Below, in pieces: positions 30,275 through 39,552 of a stretch of 64,000 bases of DNA. This DNA comes from Gemmatimonadales bacterium. Its GTDB lineage: Bacteria > Gemmatimonadota > Gemmatimonadetes > Gemmatimonadales > Gemmatimonadaceae. Made by a program: the position numbers and the translations under genes. Position 1 is the stretch's first letter, and each line of letters opens with the position of its first letter. The stretch covers positions 5,090 to 69,089 of the forward strand of contig JBDTND010000001.1 of assembly GCA_039933915.1 (NCBI GenBank), written 5' to 3'. The notes below the pieces were generated by a model. It ran no database searches. It saw nothing but the letters and a program-made list of their open reading frames with translations, and was not told the DNA's origin.

Positions 30275-30396
30275 TGATGAGGGGTGTGATTGCGGTGAGG
30301 GAGCGGGCGTCCCGCGACGGTGATTCGGCGGGAGTTCGCGGCATTTCGTCGTCAATGTACGATTTTCGCACTGGCACCGCTACCGAACGGGAGCCG

Positions 30397-30425
30397 TTGA
30401 ATTACAAGATTGCCAACGGTAAATT
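30397..30425 (+). promoter_or_regulatory. Sigma70-type promoter of the nuo operon
   Basis: TTGAAT (30397-30402), 17 nt, TAAATT (30420-30425). Confidence 0.65.
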
Positions 30426-30439
30426 CCAAAAAATCGCGC

Positions 30440-30457
30440 TAGTGAAAGTTTTCACGA
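30440..30457. promoter_or_regulatory. Putative Rex operator upstream of nuoA
   Basis: TAGTGAA-AGTT-TTCACGA matches TTGTGAA-N4-TTCACAA at 12 of 14 positions; between promoter and RBS. Confidence 0.7.
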
Positions 30458-30470
30458 AGTCTGAGAGGCC

Positions 30471-30875
30471 ATGTTTCGCGCTTATTTCCCGGTTCTGATG
30501 CTCTTCGGTTTCGTGGTGATGAACGCTCTGTTGATCGTCGCGATCTCGGCGATGACGATCCGGGCCCGACCCACGCCGGTAAAGCAGCAGGCCTACGAAT
30601 CCGGCGTCCCGGCATTGGGCGACGCGCGGGAGCGCTTCTCTGTTCGCTTCTACCTCGTCGCGATCCTGTTCATAATCTTCGACATCGAAACTGTATTCAT
30701 GATCCCGTGGGCTGTCTATTTCAGGCAGCTCTCGTGCTTCGTGCCACTTGTGAACGACGCGTGCCCGGTGGGGAACATCTCATTCTTCGGACTCGGTGAG
30801 ATGCTCGTGTTCATGCTGATCCTGCTCGTCGGCCTCGCATACGTCTGGAAGAAAGGAGCATTGCAATGGGATTGA
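30471..30875 (+). CDS. nuoA: NADH-quinone oxidoreductase subunit A
   Basis: [33 protein letters not shown]. Confidence 0.96.
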   Translation: MFRAYFPVLMLFGFVVMNALLIVAISAMTIRARPTPVKQQAYESGVPALGDARERFSVRFYLVAILFIIFDIETVFMIPWAVYFRQLSCFVPLVNDACPVGNISFFGLGEMLVFMLILLVGLAYVWKKGALQWD

Positions 30876-31492
30876 CCGCTCCCGCAGAGCATCGGACCGT
30901 CTCCTACGTGCCCGAGTCGCAGGAGGGTTGGGTCGCCACGCGCCTCGACTTCCTGGTGAACTGGTCGCGGGCCAATTCGCTGTGGCCGATGCCGTTCGGG
31001 ACCGCGTGCTGCGCCATCGAGTTCATGGCGACGGCGGCCAGCGACTTCGACCTGGCGCGCTTCGGCATGGAGCGCATGAGCTTCTCGCCTCGACAGGCAG
31101 ACGTGCTCATCTGTGCCGGCCGGGTTCCATTCAAGCTTGCGCCCATCATCCGCCGCATCTGGCAGCAGATGCCTCAGCCCAAGTGGTGCATCTCGATGGG
31201 TGCATGCGCATCGACCGGCGGAATGTTCGACAACTACGCGGTCGTGCAGGGAATCGACACCATCATCCCGGTCGATGTCTACGTTCCCGGATGTCCGCCT
31301 CGCCCCGAGGGACTGATTTACGGCATTCGAATGCTGCAGGAGAAAGTGAAGAACGAGCGCGCCGCCGATAAGGGGATTCGTGACGAGATGGAGCCCGATC
31401 CCGCCAGCCAGCTCTACATCCCGCCCTCGGTGATCGACGAGCTCGGCGAGCCGTTTGGCAATTCCGTAAATCAGACGAGGTCGGGCCTGTGA
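30866..31492 (+). CDS. nuoB: NADH-quinone oxidoreductase subunit B
   Basis: [34 protein letters not shown]. Confidence 0.97.
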   Translation: MGLTAPAEHRTVSYVPESQEGWVATRLDFLVNWSRANSLWPMPFGTACCAIEFMATAASDFDLARFGMERMSFSPRQADVLICAGRVPFKLAPIIRRIWQQMPQPKWCISMGACASTGGMFDNYAVVQGIDTIIPVDVYVPGCPPRPEGLIYGIRMLQEKVKNERAADKGIRDEMEPDPASQLYIPPSVIDELGEPFGNSVNQTRSGL

Positions 31493-32184
31493 GCGCGTTC
31501 GAAGTCGTGAGAACGGGAGCCAGCACAGCCGGTGACCAGCCGGTAACGCAGAAGAACATTTCGCACCGTGGCGCCGCGGCGAATCCCTCGGCCAGGGCGC
31601 TGCAGGACAAGTTCTCCGACGCGGTCAAGCGGGTGGATGTGATCTGGGGCGAGACGATTGTCTACGTCGAGCCGGGTATGGTTCACGACGTCATTCGCTG
31701 GCTGCATGACGACGATTCACAGCGCTACGACTTCCTCAGCGACGTCACCGCAGTCGAGTATCGCGACGCGGAAGTTCCGATCGAAGTCGTATGGCACCTT
31801 CGCTCGCTTCCATTCCGGCGTTTTCTGCGGATCAAGTCGCAGCTTCCGAAAGGCGCGCCGCTCGAGATCGCCAGCGTATGGGACATCTACAAGTCAGCCG
31901 ACTGGCTGGAGCGCGAGTGCTACGACATGTTCGGAATCCGCTTTCGCGGGCATCCCGACCTTCGTCGCATCCTGATGTGGGAGCAGTACAAGGAAGGCTA
32001 TCCGCTGCGGAAGGACTTTCCGCTGCGTGGCCGGTTCAGCCGCTCGGAGCAGCTGCGCCAGGCGCTCGCGCAGAATCCCGAAGCCCGATACTCCATGGAG
32101 GAGCTCACCATCGCTGACGCCTTCGTTGATCTGCCCGAGGACATGAAGTCCAGGCTGAACAAAGGCGAGAGGACGGGCGAGTAA
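31489..32184 (+). CDS. nuoC: NADH-quinone oxidoreductase subunit C
   Basis: [35 protein letters not shown]. Confidence 0.96.
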   Translation: MSAFEVVRTGASTAGDQPVTQKNISHRGAAANPSARALQDKFSDAVKRVDVIWGETIVYVEPGMVHDVIRWLHDDDSQRYDFLSDVTAVEYRDAEVPIEVVWHLRSLPFRRFLRIKSQLPKGAPLEIASVWDIYKSADWLERECYDMFGIRFRGHPDLRRILMWEQYKEGYPLRKDFPLRGRFSRSEQLRQALAQNPEARYSMEELTIADAFVDLPEDMKSRLNKGERTGE

Positions 32185-33491
32185 TGGCCAGGCGCACAGT
32201 CGAAGTAGAGCTTTCGACAACGGGTCTCGACGCCCAGGGAAGGCCGCAGCGCGTCCCGCTCGTGACGAACGACGGAGGAACCGCCGTCGCGCTCCAGCCG
32301 CCGCCAGGCATGGAACCGGACCTCGAGGGTGAGCACATGCTCATCAACATCGGGCCTCAGCACCCCGCCACGCACGGCGTGTTGCGCCTGGTGCTCGAGC
32401 TGGATGGAGAGACGGTCGTCCGCTGCATTCCGCACATCGGCTATTTGCACTGCGGGTTCGAGAAGATCGGCGAGTATCGCCAGTACAACCAGATAATCTG
32501 CTGGACCGACCGTGAGGACTATCTCAACTCGATCGGCAACAACGTTGCGTTCGCCTTGGGCGCCGAACGGCTGTTCGGAATCGAGATCACCGAGCGGTGC
32601 AAGGTTCTGCGCGTCATCGCGTCAGAGCTGTCGCGGATCATGTCGCACCTGGTGTGGCTGGGGACGTTCTGTATCGACATCGGGGCGTTCACGCCGTTCC
32701 TGTGGGCGTTCCAGCGGCGCGAGGAAATCTACCGGCTCATCGAGAAATGGGTGGGCGCGCGTCTCACGACGTCCGCCACGCGCGTCGGTGGCATGGCCGC
32801 CGACATCCCGAGTGGCTGGATGGATGGTCTCCGGCAATTCATTCGCACCTTCCCGCACACGCTGGACGAGATCGATCGCGTGCTCACCAGAAACGCGATC
32901 TGGGTTGGCCGCACAGTCGGGCTTGGAGTGATGACTCCCGATGAAGCGATCAACTGGGGACTCTCGGGCCCGATGCTTCGCGCATCCGGCGTCGATTACG
33001 ATGTCCGCAAGGACTTTCCGTACCTCGACTACGAGACCTATGACTTCGAGGTTCCGGTCGGCACCAACGGCGACGTCTACGATCGCTATCTGGTGAGATT
33101 CGAGGAGCTGAAGCAATCGGTGCGCATCCTGCAACAGGCCGCTGACCGCCTGCCCGATGGGCCGGTGAACATCGACGATCCGCGCATCATTCTCCCACCC
33201 AAGTCCAAAGCGACGAGCGAGATGGAATCAATGATCCATCACTTCAAAGTCGTGATGGAAGGCCCTCGTCCGCCGATCGGCGAATCATACGTCGCGGTGG
33301 AAAGCCCAAAAGGAGAGAAGGGCTACTATATGGTATCCGACGGAACGGCAAAGCCGGTGCGGTGGAGGATTCGTCCGCCATCGTTCGTCAACCTCGCCGC
33401 GATTCCAAAGATGGTCGAAGGACATCTCTTGTCAGACGTAATCGCCATCAACGCCAGCATCGACATCGTAATGGGAGAAATCGATCGTTGA
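32184..33491 (+). CDS. nuoD: NADH-quinone oxidoreductase subunit D
   Basis: NIGPQHPATHGVLRL, GYLH, SGPMLRASG, VESPKGE, DIVMGEIDR. Confidence 0.97.
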   Translation: MARRTVEVELSTTGLDAQGRPQRVPLVTNDGGTAVALQPPPGMEPDLEGEHMLINIGPQHPATHGVLRLVLELDGETVVRCIPHIGYLHCGFEKIGEYRQYNQIICWTDREDYLNSIGNNVAFALGAERLFGIEITERCKVLRVIASELSRIMSHLVWLGTFCIDIGAFTPFLWAFQRREEIYRLIEKWVGARLTTSATRVGGMAADIPSGWMDGLRQFIRTFPHTLDEIDRVLTRNAIWVGRTVGLGVMTPDEAINWGLSGPMLRASGVDYDVRKDFPYLDYETYDFEVPVGTNGDVYDRYLVRFEELKQSVRILQQAADRLPDGPVNIDDPRIILPPKSKATSEMESMIHHFKVVMEGPRPPIGESYVAVESPKGEKGYYMVSDGTAKPVRWRIRPPSFVNLAAIPKMVEGHLLSDVIAINASIDIVMGEIDR

Positions 33492-34036
33492 TACCTGATC
33501 TCGTCGGCGGCCTGGAGTCACCCGATTACGCATCACACGACCGCGCGGCCCACGAGCCGTACGTGGCCGTATTCACGGGCGATCGCAAGCGCGAGCTCGA
33601 TGAGCTGCTGACGCGCTATCCGCGGAAGATGGCGGCACTCCTTCCCGCACTCTGGATCGTGCAGCGCGAGCACGGCTGGGTGAGCGAGGAGGGAATGGCC
33701 GAAGTGGCGGGCCTGCTCGACCTGACGCCGGCGTACGTCAAAGGCGTCGTGACTTTCTACACGATGTACCACCAGCACCCGGTCGGAAAGTATTTCATTC
33801 AGGTTTGTACGACATCACCATGCGGAATTTGCGGTGCGGAGGATGTCGTGAAGGCGTTCCTGCGCCACACCAACACCGGTGAGCTCGGAGTCACGTCGCC
33901 GGACGGCCGTTTCACAGTGATCGAAGTCGAATGTCTCGGAGCGTGTGGCTTTGCGACTCCGGTGATGGTCAACGAAGAATTCATCGAATCAATGACGCCG
34001 GACAAGGTTCCGGAACTCCTCGCAAAACTCGCATAA
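33488..34036 (+). CDS. nuoE: NADH-quinone oxidoreductase subunit E
   Basis: VVTFYTMY, CTTSPC, ECLGAC; TTG 33488 overlaps the nuoD stop (start approximate). Confidence 0.94.
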   Translation: MIPDLVGGLESPDYASHDRAAHEPYVAVFTGDRKRELDELLTRYPRKMAALLPALWIVQREHGWVSEEGMAEVAGLLDLTPAYVKGVVTFYTMYHQHPVGKYFIQVCTTSPCGICGAEDVVKAFLRHTNTGELGVTSPDGRFTVIEVECLGACGFATPVMVNEEFIESMTPDKVPELLAKLA

Positions 34037-35349
34037 TGGGCTTCCCGCACCACTCGCATCCAAGAGAAACCACCGTCCTCACCAAGTACTTTGGGGAGAA
34101 CGAAGCGCGCACTCTCGACGGCTGGAAAAAGCGCGGCGGCTACAAGGCGCTGGAAAAGGCGCTCGGAATGCAGCCCGCCGACATCGTCAACGTCGTGAAG
34201 GAGTCTGGCCTCCGCGGCAGGGGCGGCGCGGGATTCCCGACCGGCGTGAAATGGTCGTTCATGAAACCGGGCGACGGAAAGCCGCACTACCTGTGCTGCA
34301 ACGCCGATGAATCCGAGCCGGGAACGTTCAAGGATCGGGAGCTGATGCGCTGGACGCCGCACGCGGTCGTCGAAGGCTGCGCGATCGGGGCATACGCGAT
34401 CGGCGCTGAGACCGCATACGTCTACATTCGCGGCGAGTTCACCGAGCCGCTCCACTGGATGGAATTGGCGGTGAAGGAAGCGTACGCTGCCGGGATCCTT
34501 GGCAAGAACGCCATGGGATCGGGAAAGCGGATCGATGTCCACGTGCACAAGGGAGCGGGCGCCTACATCTGTGGCGAAGAGACAGCCCTCATGGAATCAC
34601 TCGAGGGCCGTCGCGGGAATCCGCGCATCAAGCCGCCATTTCCAGCGGTATCGGGCGTCTTCGGCATGCCGACGACGATCAACAACGTCGAGACGCTCGC
34701 CGCAACTGCCCCGATTCTCCTGAATGGCGCGGATTGGTACAAGAAAATGTGCTTGTCGAATCCGAAGAGCACGGGCACCAAGCTGTTCTCTGTTTGTGGC
34801 AATGTTGTGCGTCCCGGCACCTACGAGGTCGTCATGGGCTTTCCGTTCAAGGAATTCCTCTACGACCTCTGCGGCGGTCCGCTGCACGGCCGCAAGTTCA
34901 AGGCAGTGATTCCCGGCGGCGCATCCGTACCGATCCAGACGATGGAGGAGGCCGAAGCCACGCTCATGGATTACGAAGGGTTCGTTGCAGGCGGCTCGAT
35001 GCTCGGCTCTGGCGGTGTGATCGTGATAGACGATGCCCAGCCGATGGTAACTGTAATTGCGCGGCTCGCGCGCTTCTTTGCGCACGAGAGCTGCGGACAG
35101 TGTACGCAGTGCCGTGAGGGAACCGCCTGGACGACCAAAATCCTCGAGCGTATCCGCGATGGCGAGGGAACGATAGAGGATCTCGACACCCTGCTCGACA
35201 TCGGCGAGCAGATGACCGGGAAGACTATCTGCGTGTTGAGTGATTCGTGCGCGGTGCCCGTAATCTCAGGCATCAAGAAGTTCCGCGGAGAATTCGAAGC
35301 CCTCATACAGGGAAGGCGCTTTCACCCCGTGACCGCGGCGGTAGCATAA
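34036..35349 (+). CDS. nuoF: NADH-quinone oxidoreductase subunit F
   Basis: GLRGRGGAGFPTG, NADESEPGTFKD, GAGAYICGEETAL, ESCGQCTQCREG. Confidence 0.97.
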   Translation: MGFPHHSHPRETTVLTKYFGENEARTLDGWKKRGGYKALEKALGMQPADIVNVVKESGLRGRGGAGFPTGVKWSFMKPGDGKPHYLCCNADESEPGTFKDRELMRWTPHAVVEGCAIGAYAIGAETAYVYIRGEFTEPLHWMELAVKEAYAAGILGKNAMGSGKRIDVHVHKGAGAYICGEETALMESLEGRRGNPRIKPPFPAVSGVFGMPTTINNVETLAATAPILLNGADWYKKMCLSNPKSTGTKLFSVCGNVVRPGTYEVVMGFPFKEFLYDLCGGPLHGRKFKAVIPGGASVPIQTMEEAEATLMDYEGFVAGGSMLGSGGVIVIDDAQPMVTVIARLARFFAHESCGQCTQCREGTAWTTKILERIRDGEGTIEDLDTLLDIGEQMTGKTICVLSDSCAVPVISGIKKFRGEFEALIQGRRFHPVTAAVA

Positions 35350-36932
35350 TGGCCGAGTCGAAGATGGTAAACCTCACGATCGAGGGACGGCCGGTGAGCG
35401 TCGCCGAGGGGACTACGATCCTCGAGGCGGCCAAGACGGCGGGAGTTCTTATCCCGCACTATTGCTATCACCCAGGACTGCCGATCGCTGGCGTGTGCCG
35501 CATGTGTCTGGTCGAAGTCGAGAAGGCTCCGAAGCTCGCTCCGTCGTGCGCGACGACCGTCGCTGAAGGGCAGGTCGTACACGTCTATTCCGACAAGTCA
35601 CTCGACGCGCGCAAAGGCGTCCTCGAGATGCTGCTGATCAACCATCCGCTCGATTGTCCGATCTGCGACCAGTCGGGCGAGTGCGAGCTTCAGGACTACA
35701 CTTACCAGGAGGGTCGCGAGGATTCGCGCTATCGCGAGCCGAAGCGGTTCAATCCGGCCGAGGACTTTGGCGGCGACGTGATCTACGTTCCGAATCGCTG
35801 CATCCTGTGCACGCGTTGTGTGAGGTTCATGGACGACGTTGCTCACGATCCGGCCCTCAATGTGAGCGAGCGCGGCGATCGCGCGCTGATCGGAAAGTTC
35901 GAGGGCAAGGATCTCACGCATCCGTGGGCGGCAAACGTCGTCGACCTCTGCCCGGTTGGAGCGCTTCTTTCCAAGGACTTCCTGAACAAGGCGCGCGCGT
36001 GGGAGCTCGATCGCACCGCATCTATCTGCCCCAACTGCACGCAGGGATGTAACGTGATCATGGAGACGCGCGAGAATCAGCTCGTGCGCATGCGTCCGCG
36101 CCCGAACGAGAACGTGAACGCGTTCTTCATGTGCGACTGGGGACGCCTCAACTATCGCTGGATGAACGAGAAGAACCGCGTCGAGCAGCCGATGGTCCGC
36201 GGCAAGAATGGCCTGGCACCGACGAGCTGGGAAGCGGCGATCTCGGCCGCGGCGCGCGCACTTGGCGGCAAGAAAGCTTTCGTCGCCGCGTCGCCGATGC
36301 TGTCCAACGAATCGCTCTTCCTTCTCACGCAGGTGATGGATGGCGGAGCCGGCGCGTTCCGCGTCACCGAAGGAGACGAAGCGCCGCTGCCCGGTGTCGA
36401 TGATCTTGCGCTCCGTCGCGAGCGCGCGGCCAACGTCTACGGTGCCGAAGCCCTCGGCTTCAAGAAGACGAAGGATCTCCTGGGCGGGCTGGGGCAGGGT
36501 GACGTGCTCGTCGTAGCGGGCGAAGATCTCGCCGGCATCGATGCCTCGGCGGTCTCGCGCGCGAGTGAGGTGATCGTCATCGGCTCCGTTCTCCCGGAAG
36601 CAGCCGCGAAGGCCTCTATCGTTTTGCCCATCGCGAACTTTTCCGAAGAAGAAGGGACCGTCACCAACCTGCGTGGACGGGTACAGCGATTCACGCAAGC
36701 GCGACAGGCTCCCGGAGAGACGCGTCCGAGCTGGCTCGTGCTGGGTGACCTGCTTGGGGCGATGGGCAGGCAGTCGAACTTCTTCCTTCCATCCGAGGTG
36801 TTCGCGAAGCTGGCGAGTGCCCACAAGTCGTTCGCGGGTTTGAGCTACGACGCACTCGGCTTCAAGGGACTTCCGGTTGTCGATGCTCCCCCCACGCGTC
36901 CGAAGGGACCCATCGCCGTGGGCGCCGCATGA
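35349..36932 (+). CDS. nuoG: NADH-quinone oxidoreductase subunit G (short, 527 aa)
   Basis: PHYCYH, CRMCLVE, HPLDCPICDQSGECELQ, RCILCTRCVRF, CPVGAL, EEEGTVTNLRGRVQ. Confidence 0.94.
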   Translation: MAESKMVNLTIEGRPVSVAEGTTILEAAKTAGVLIPHYCYHPGLPIAGVCRMCLVEVEKAPKLAPSCATTVAEGQVVHVYSDKSLDARKGVLEMLLINHPLDCPICDQSGECELQDYTYQEGREDSRYREPKRFNPAEDFGGDVIYVPNRCILCTRCVRFMDDVAHDPALNVSERGDRALIGKFEGKDLTHPWAANVVDLCPVGALLSKDFLNKARAWELDRTASICPNCTQGCNVIMETRENQLVRMRPRPNENVNAFFMCDWGRLNYRWMNEKNRVEQPMVRGKNGLAPTSWEAAISAAARALGGKKAFVAASPMLSNESLFLLTQVMDGGAGAFRVTEGDEAPLPGVDDLALRRERAANVYGAEALGFKKTKDLLGGLGQGDVLVVAGEDLAGIDASAVSRASEVIVIGSVLPEAAAKASIVLPIANFSEEEGTVTNLRGRVQRFTQARQAPGETRPSWLVLGDLLGAMGRQSNFFLPSEVFAKLASAHKSFAGLSYDALGFKGLPVVDAPPTRPKGPIAVGAA

Positions 36933-38218
36933 GCGTGCTTCACGGCTTTTCAGCGCTGCTGCAGGCCGCGGATCCGAATCTGCCGCCGGTGAGTGGAATG
37001 GCATTTTTCATTTTCACGGTCGTGAAGATGATCGTCATCTTCACGATCTACATGGTCGGCGTGGCCATGCTGACGCTCGCCGAAAGAAAGATCTCGGCCT
37101 GGATTCAGGATCGGCACGGCCCAAACCGCGTTGGAAAGGGTTGGCTGCAGCCGGCGGCCGACGGGCTCAAGAATTTCATGAAGGAAGAGACGATGCCGGC
37201 CGGAGTGAACAAGCCGATCTTCGTTCTCGCGCCCATCCTCTCGTTCATTCCCGCGCTTACCGCCTGGTGCGTGATTCCATTCGGAGCCCCGATGCCAACG
37301 CGATGGGGCCGCATTGACCTGGTGGTCGCGGACCTGCCAGTCGGCTTTCTGTTCATTCTCGCGATCACTTCACTGGGTGTCTATGGCATCGTCCTCGCCG
37401 GCTGGTCGTCGAACAACAAGTACGCGTTGCTCGGCGGCCTCAGATCGAGCGCCCAGATGGTGTCCTACGAGATCTCGATGGGCATGTCGACGATTCCTGT
37501 TCTGCTCCTGGCGGGAAACGTCAGCCTCAACTCGATCATCGAGCAGCAGGCGTGGGGCGGATGGAACGTCATCAACCTCACGGTGGCGTTTTTCATCTTC
37601 ATGGTCGCCGCCTTCGCCGAGACGAACCGGCTCCCATTCGACCTTCCCGAGGCGGAGTCGGAGCTGATCGCCGGATACCATACCGAGTACAGCGCGATGA
37701 AATTCTCGCTCTTCTTCATCGCGGAGTACGCCGGCATGGTGACGGCGAGCGCCCTGATGGCGACGCTGTTCTTTGGCGGTTGGGACGTGCCGTTCACGGC
37801 GCACGACAACATCGGGCCCTACAGCAAATGGCTGTCGATCCTCTCCATCGGAATCTTCCTCGCCAAGATCCTGTTCTTCCTCTTCGTGTTCATGTGGGTG
37901 CGCTGGACGGTTCCGCGCTTCCGCTATGACCAGCTGATGTCACTCGGCTGGAAATTCATGCTTCCGCTCGCGCTCTTTTACATAGTCCTGATCGCAGCGG
38001 TCATGCTGGGCCTGAGCGCGGCAGGCATCAGCCAGGATCAGAAGATCTATCCGGCCATACTCGGCTCAGTGAACCTGGCACTTATCATCGTCCTGTTCGC
38101 CATCCTCGATCGGGGGCGCATTATCAGCCCCGCGTACGGCAGAATGAATCCACGGGAAGTCGCGCGTCTTCAGCGCTTGGACAAGCCTCGTTCAATCGCC
38201 CCACAGGCAGGCACGTAA
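36929..38218 (+). CDS. nuoH: NADH-quinone oxidoreductase subunit H
   Basis: ERKISAWIQDRHGPNR, ADGLK, SNNKY, AETNRLPFDLPEAESEL, PRFRYDQ. Confidence 0.97.
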   Translation: MSVLHGFSALLQAADPNLPPVSGMAFFIFTVVKMIVIFTIYMVGVAMLTLAERKISAWIQDRHGPNRVGKGWLQPAADGLKNFMKEETMPAGVNKPIFVLAPILSFIPALTAWCVIPFGAPMPTRWGRIDLVVADLPVGFLFILAITSLGVYGIVLAGWSSNNKYALLGGLRSSAQMVSYEISMGMSTIPVLLLAGNVSLNSIIEQQAWGGWNVINLTVAFFIFMVAAFAETNRLPFDLPEAESELIAGYHTEYSAMKFSLFFIAEYAGMVTASALMATLFFGGWDVPFTAHDNIGPYSKWLSILSIGIFLAKILFFLFVFMWVRWTVPRFRYDQLMSLGWKFMLPLALFYIVLIAAVMLGLSAAGISQDQKIYPAILGSVNLALIIVLFAILDRGRIISPAYGRMNPREVARLQRLDKPRSIAPQAGT

Positions 38219-38718
38219 TGGCAATCAAAGTGAAAGTGGTCGACCGGCCGATCGAGGACGTCAGCTACATCCGCGCGACGCTTCGCGGCATGGCGCTCAC
38301 GGCGAAGCATCTCTTCGACGTCAATGGCAGGGTCACGACACAGTATCCGGAAGAGAAATCTCCAATCTCTCCCCGGTGGCGCGGCACTCATCGAATGTTG
38401 ACGACGGAGACGGGAAAAGCCCGCTGCGTCGCCTGCGGACTCTGCCCGACAGTGTGTCCCGCCAACTGCATCAAGCTGGTGCCGGGAGAAGACGAGGAGG
38501 GGAACCGCTATCCTCTCGTCTTCGAGATCGACGAGTTCCGCTGCATCTTCTGCGGCTTCTGCCAGGAGGTCTGCCCGGAAGAGGCGATCCACGTCGGGCG
38601 CCACTACGAGAACTCCGAATACAGCCGAGAGGGCTTCGTCTACGATCTGCAGCGCCTGATGGACCAGACTCATCCGGTCTGCGAGATGTGGGATCCCGAA
38701 GACCCGAAGGGCGAGTGA
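38218..38718 (+). CDS. nuoI: NADH-quinone oxidoreductase subunit I
   Basis: TQYPEE, CVACGLCPTVCP, CIFCGFCQEVCP. Confidence 0.97.
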   Translation: MAIKVKVVDRPIEDVSYIRATLRGMALTAKHLFDVNGRVTTQYPEEKSPISPRWRGTHRMLTTETGKARCVACGLCPTVCPANCIKLVPGEDEEGNRYPLVFEIDEFRCIFCGFCQEVCPEEAIHVGRHYENSEYSREGFVYDLQRLMDQTHPVCEMWDPEDPKGE

Positions 38719-39269
38719 TGGATCCGCACTACCCGCTGTTTTACGTTTTCAACTTCTATCTCTTTGGGGTCATCGCTCTCGCATCCGCGATCGCGTTCGT
38801 GACCCGGAAAAGCCCGGTCGCGGCGGCGCTCTGGCTGGTGAACACGATGTTCAGCCTTGCCGCGCTCTTTGTCATGCTCGACGCGCAGTTCATCGGCGTG
38901 ATGCAGGTCCTGGTATACGCCGGCGCGATCATGGTCGTCTTCCTGTTTGTCGTGATGCTTCTGAACCTCGGAGATCCCTCGGAGCTCGCGGACGCGCGCG
39001 GGCTTGGATGGAAACTCGCGGCAGGCCTCATCGGGCTCGGGCTGCTGAGCGAGATCATGATCATTGCCCGCACCAAGCTTCCAGAGCAGCTCATAGTCCC
39101 GCGCGATTTCGGCGAGCAGCAGCTTCAGAAGCTGAACGCGGTCGGAGTGATCGCGGAGCCGCTCTTCAAGGACTATCTGCTTGCGTTCGAGCTCACGAGT
39201 GTTCTCCTGCTCGTCGCGATCGCGGGCGCCGTCGTGCTGGGGCGCGGGAGGGCTGCAGGTGCTCGCTGA
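38718..39269 (+). CDS. nuoJ: NADH-quinone oxidoreductase subunit J
   Basis: [33 protein letters not shown]; ATG 38718. Confidence 0.95.
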   Translation: MDPHYPLFYVFNFYLFGVIALASAIAFVTRKSPVAAALWLVNTMFSLAALFVMLDAQFIGVMQVLVYAGAIMVVFLFVVMLLNLGDPSELADARGLGWKLAAGLIGLGLLSEIMIIARTKLPEQLIVPRDFGEQQLQKLNAVGVIAEPLFKDYLLAFELTSVLLLVAIAGAVVLGRGRAAGAR

Positions 39270-39552
39270 ATCTCTCGCGCTCACGGCAGCGCTGTTCATC
39301 ATCGGCGTCGTCGGCGTCCTGATTCACAGGAACGCGATCATCATCTTCATGTGCGTCGAGCTGATGCTGACGGCGGTCAACCTGACGTTTGTCGCTTTCT
39401 CGCGCTACTACGGGGCGGCAGGACAGGTATTCGTCGTGTTCGTCATGACGGTATCGGCCGCTGAAGCCGCGGTTGGCCTTGCAATCATCATCGCGATCTT
39501 CCGCCACCGGCAGACGATCAATCTCAAAGACATCAACCTTCTCAGAGGCTGA
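39259..39552 (+). CDS. nuoK: NADH-quinone oxidoreductase subunit K
   Basis: [16 protein letters not shown]; GTG 39259 after GGGAGG. Confidence 0.95.
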   Translation: MLAESLALTAALFIIGVVGVLIHRNAIIIFMCVELMLTAVNLTFVAFSRYYGAAGQVFVVFVMTVSAAEAAVGLAIIIAIFRHRQTINLKDINLLRG

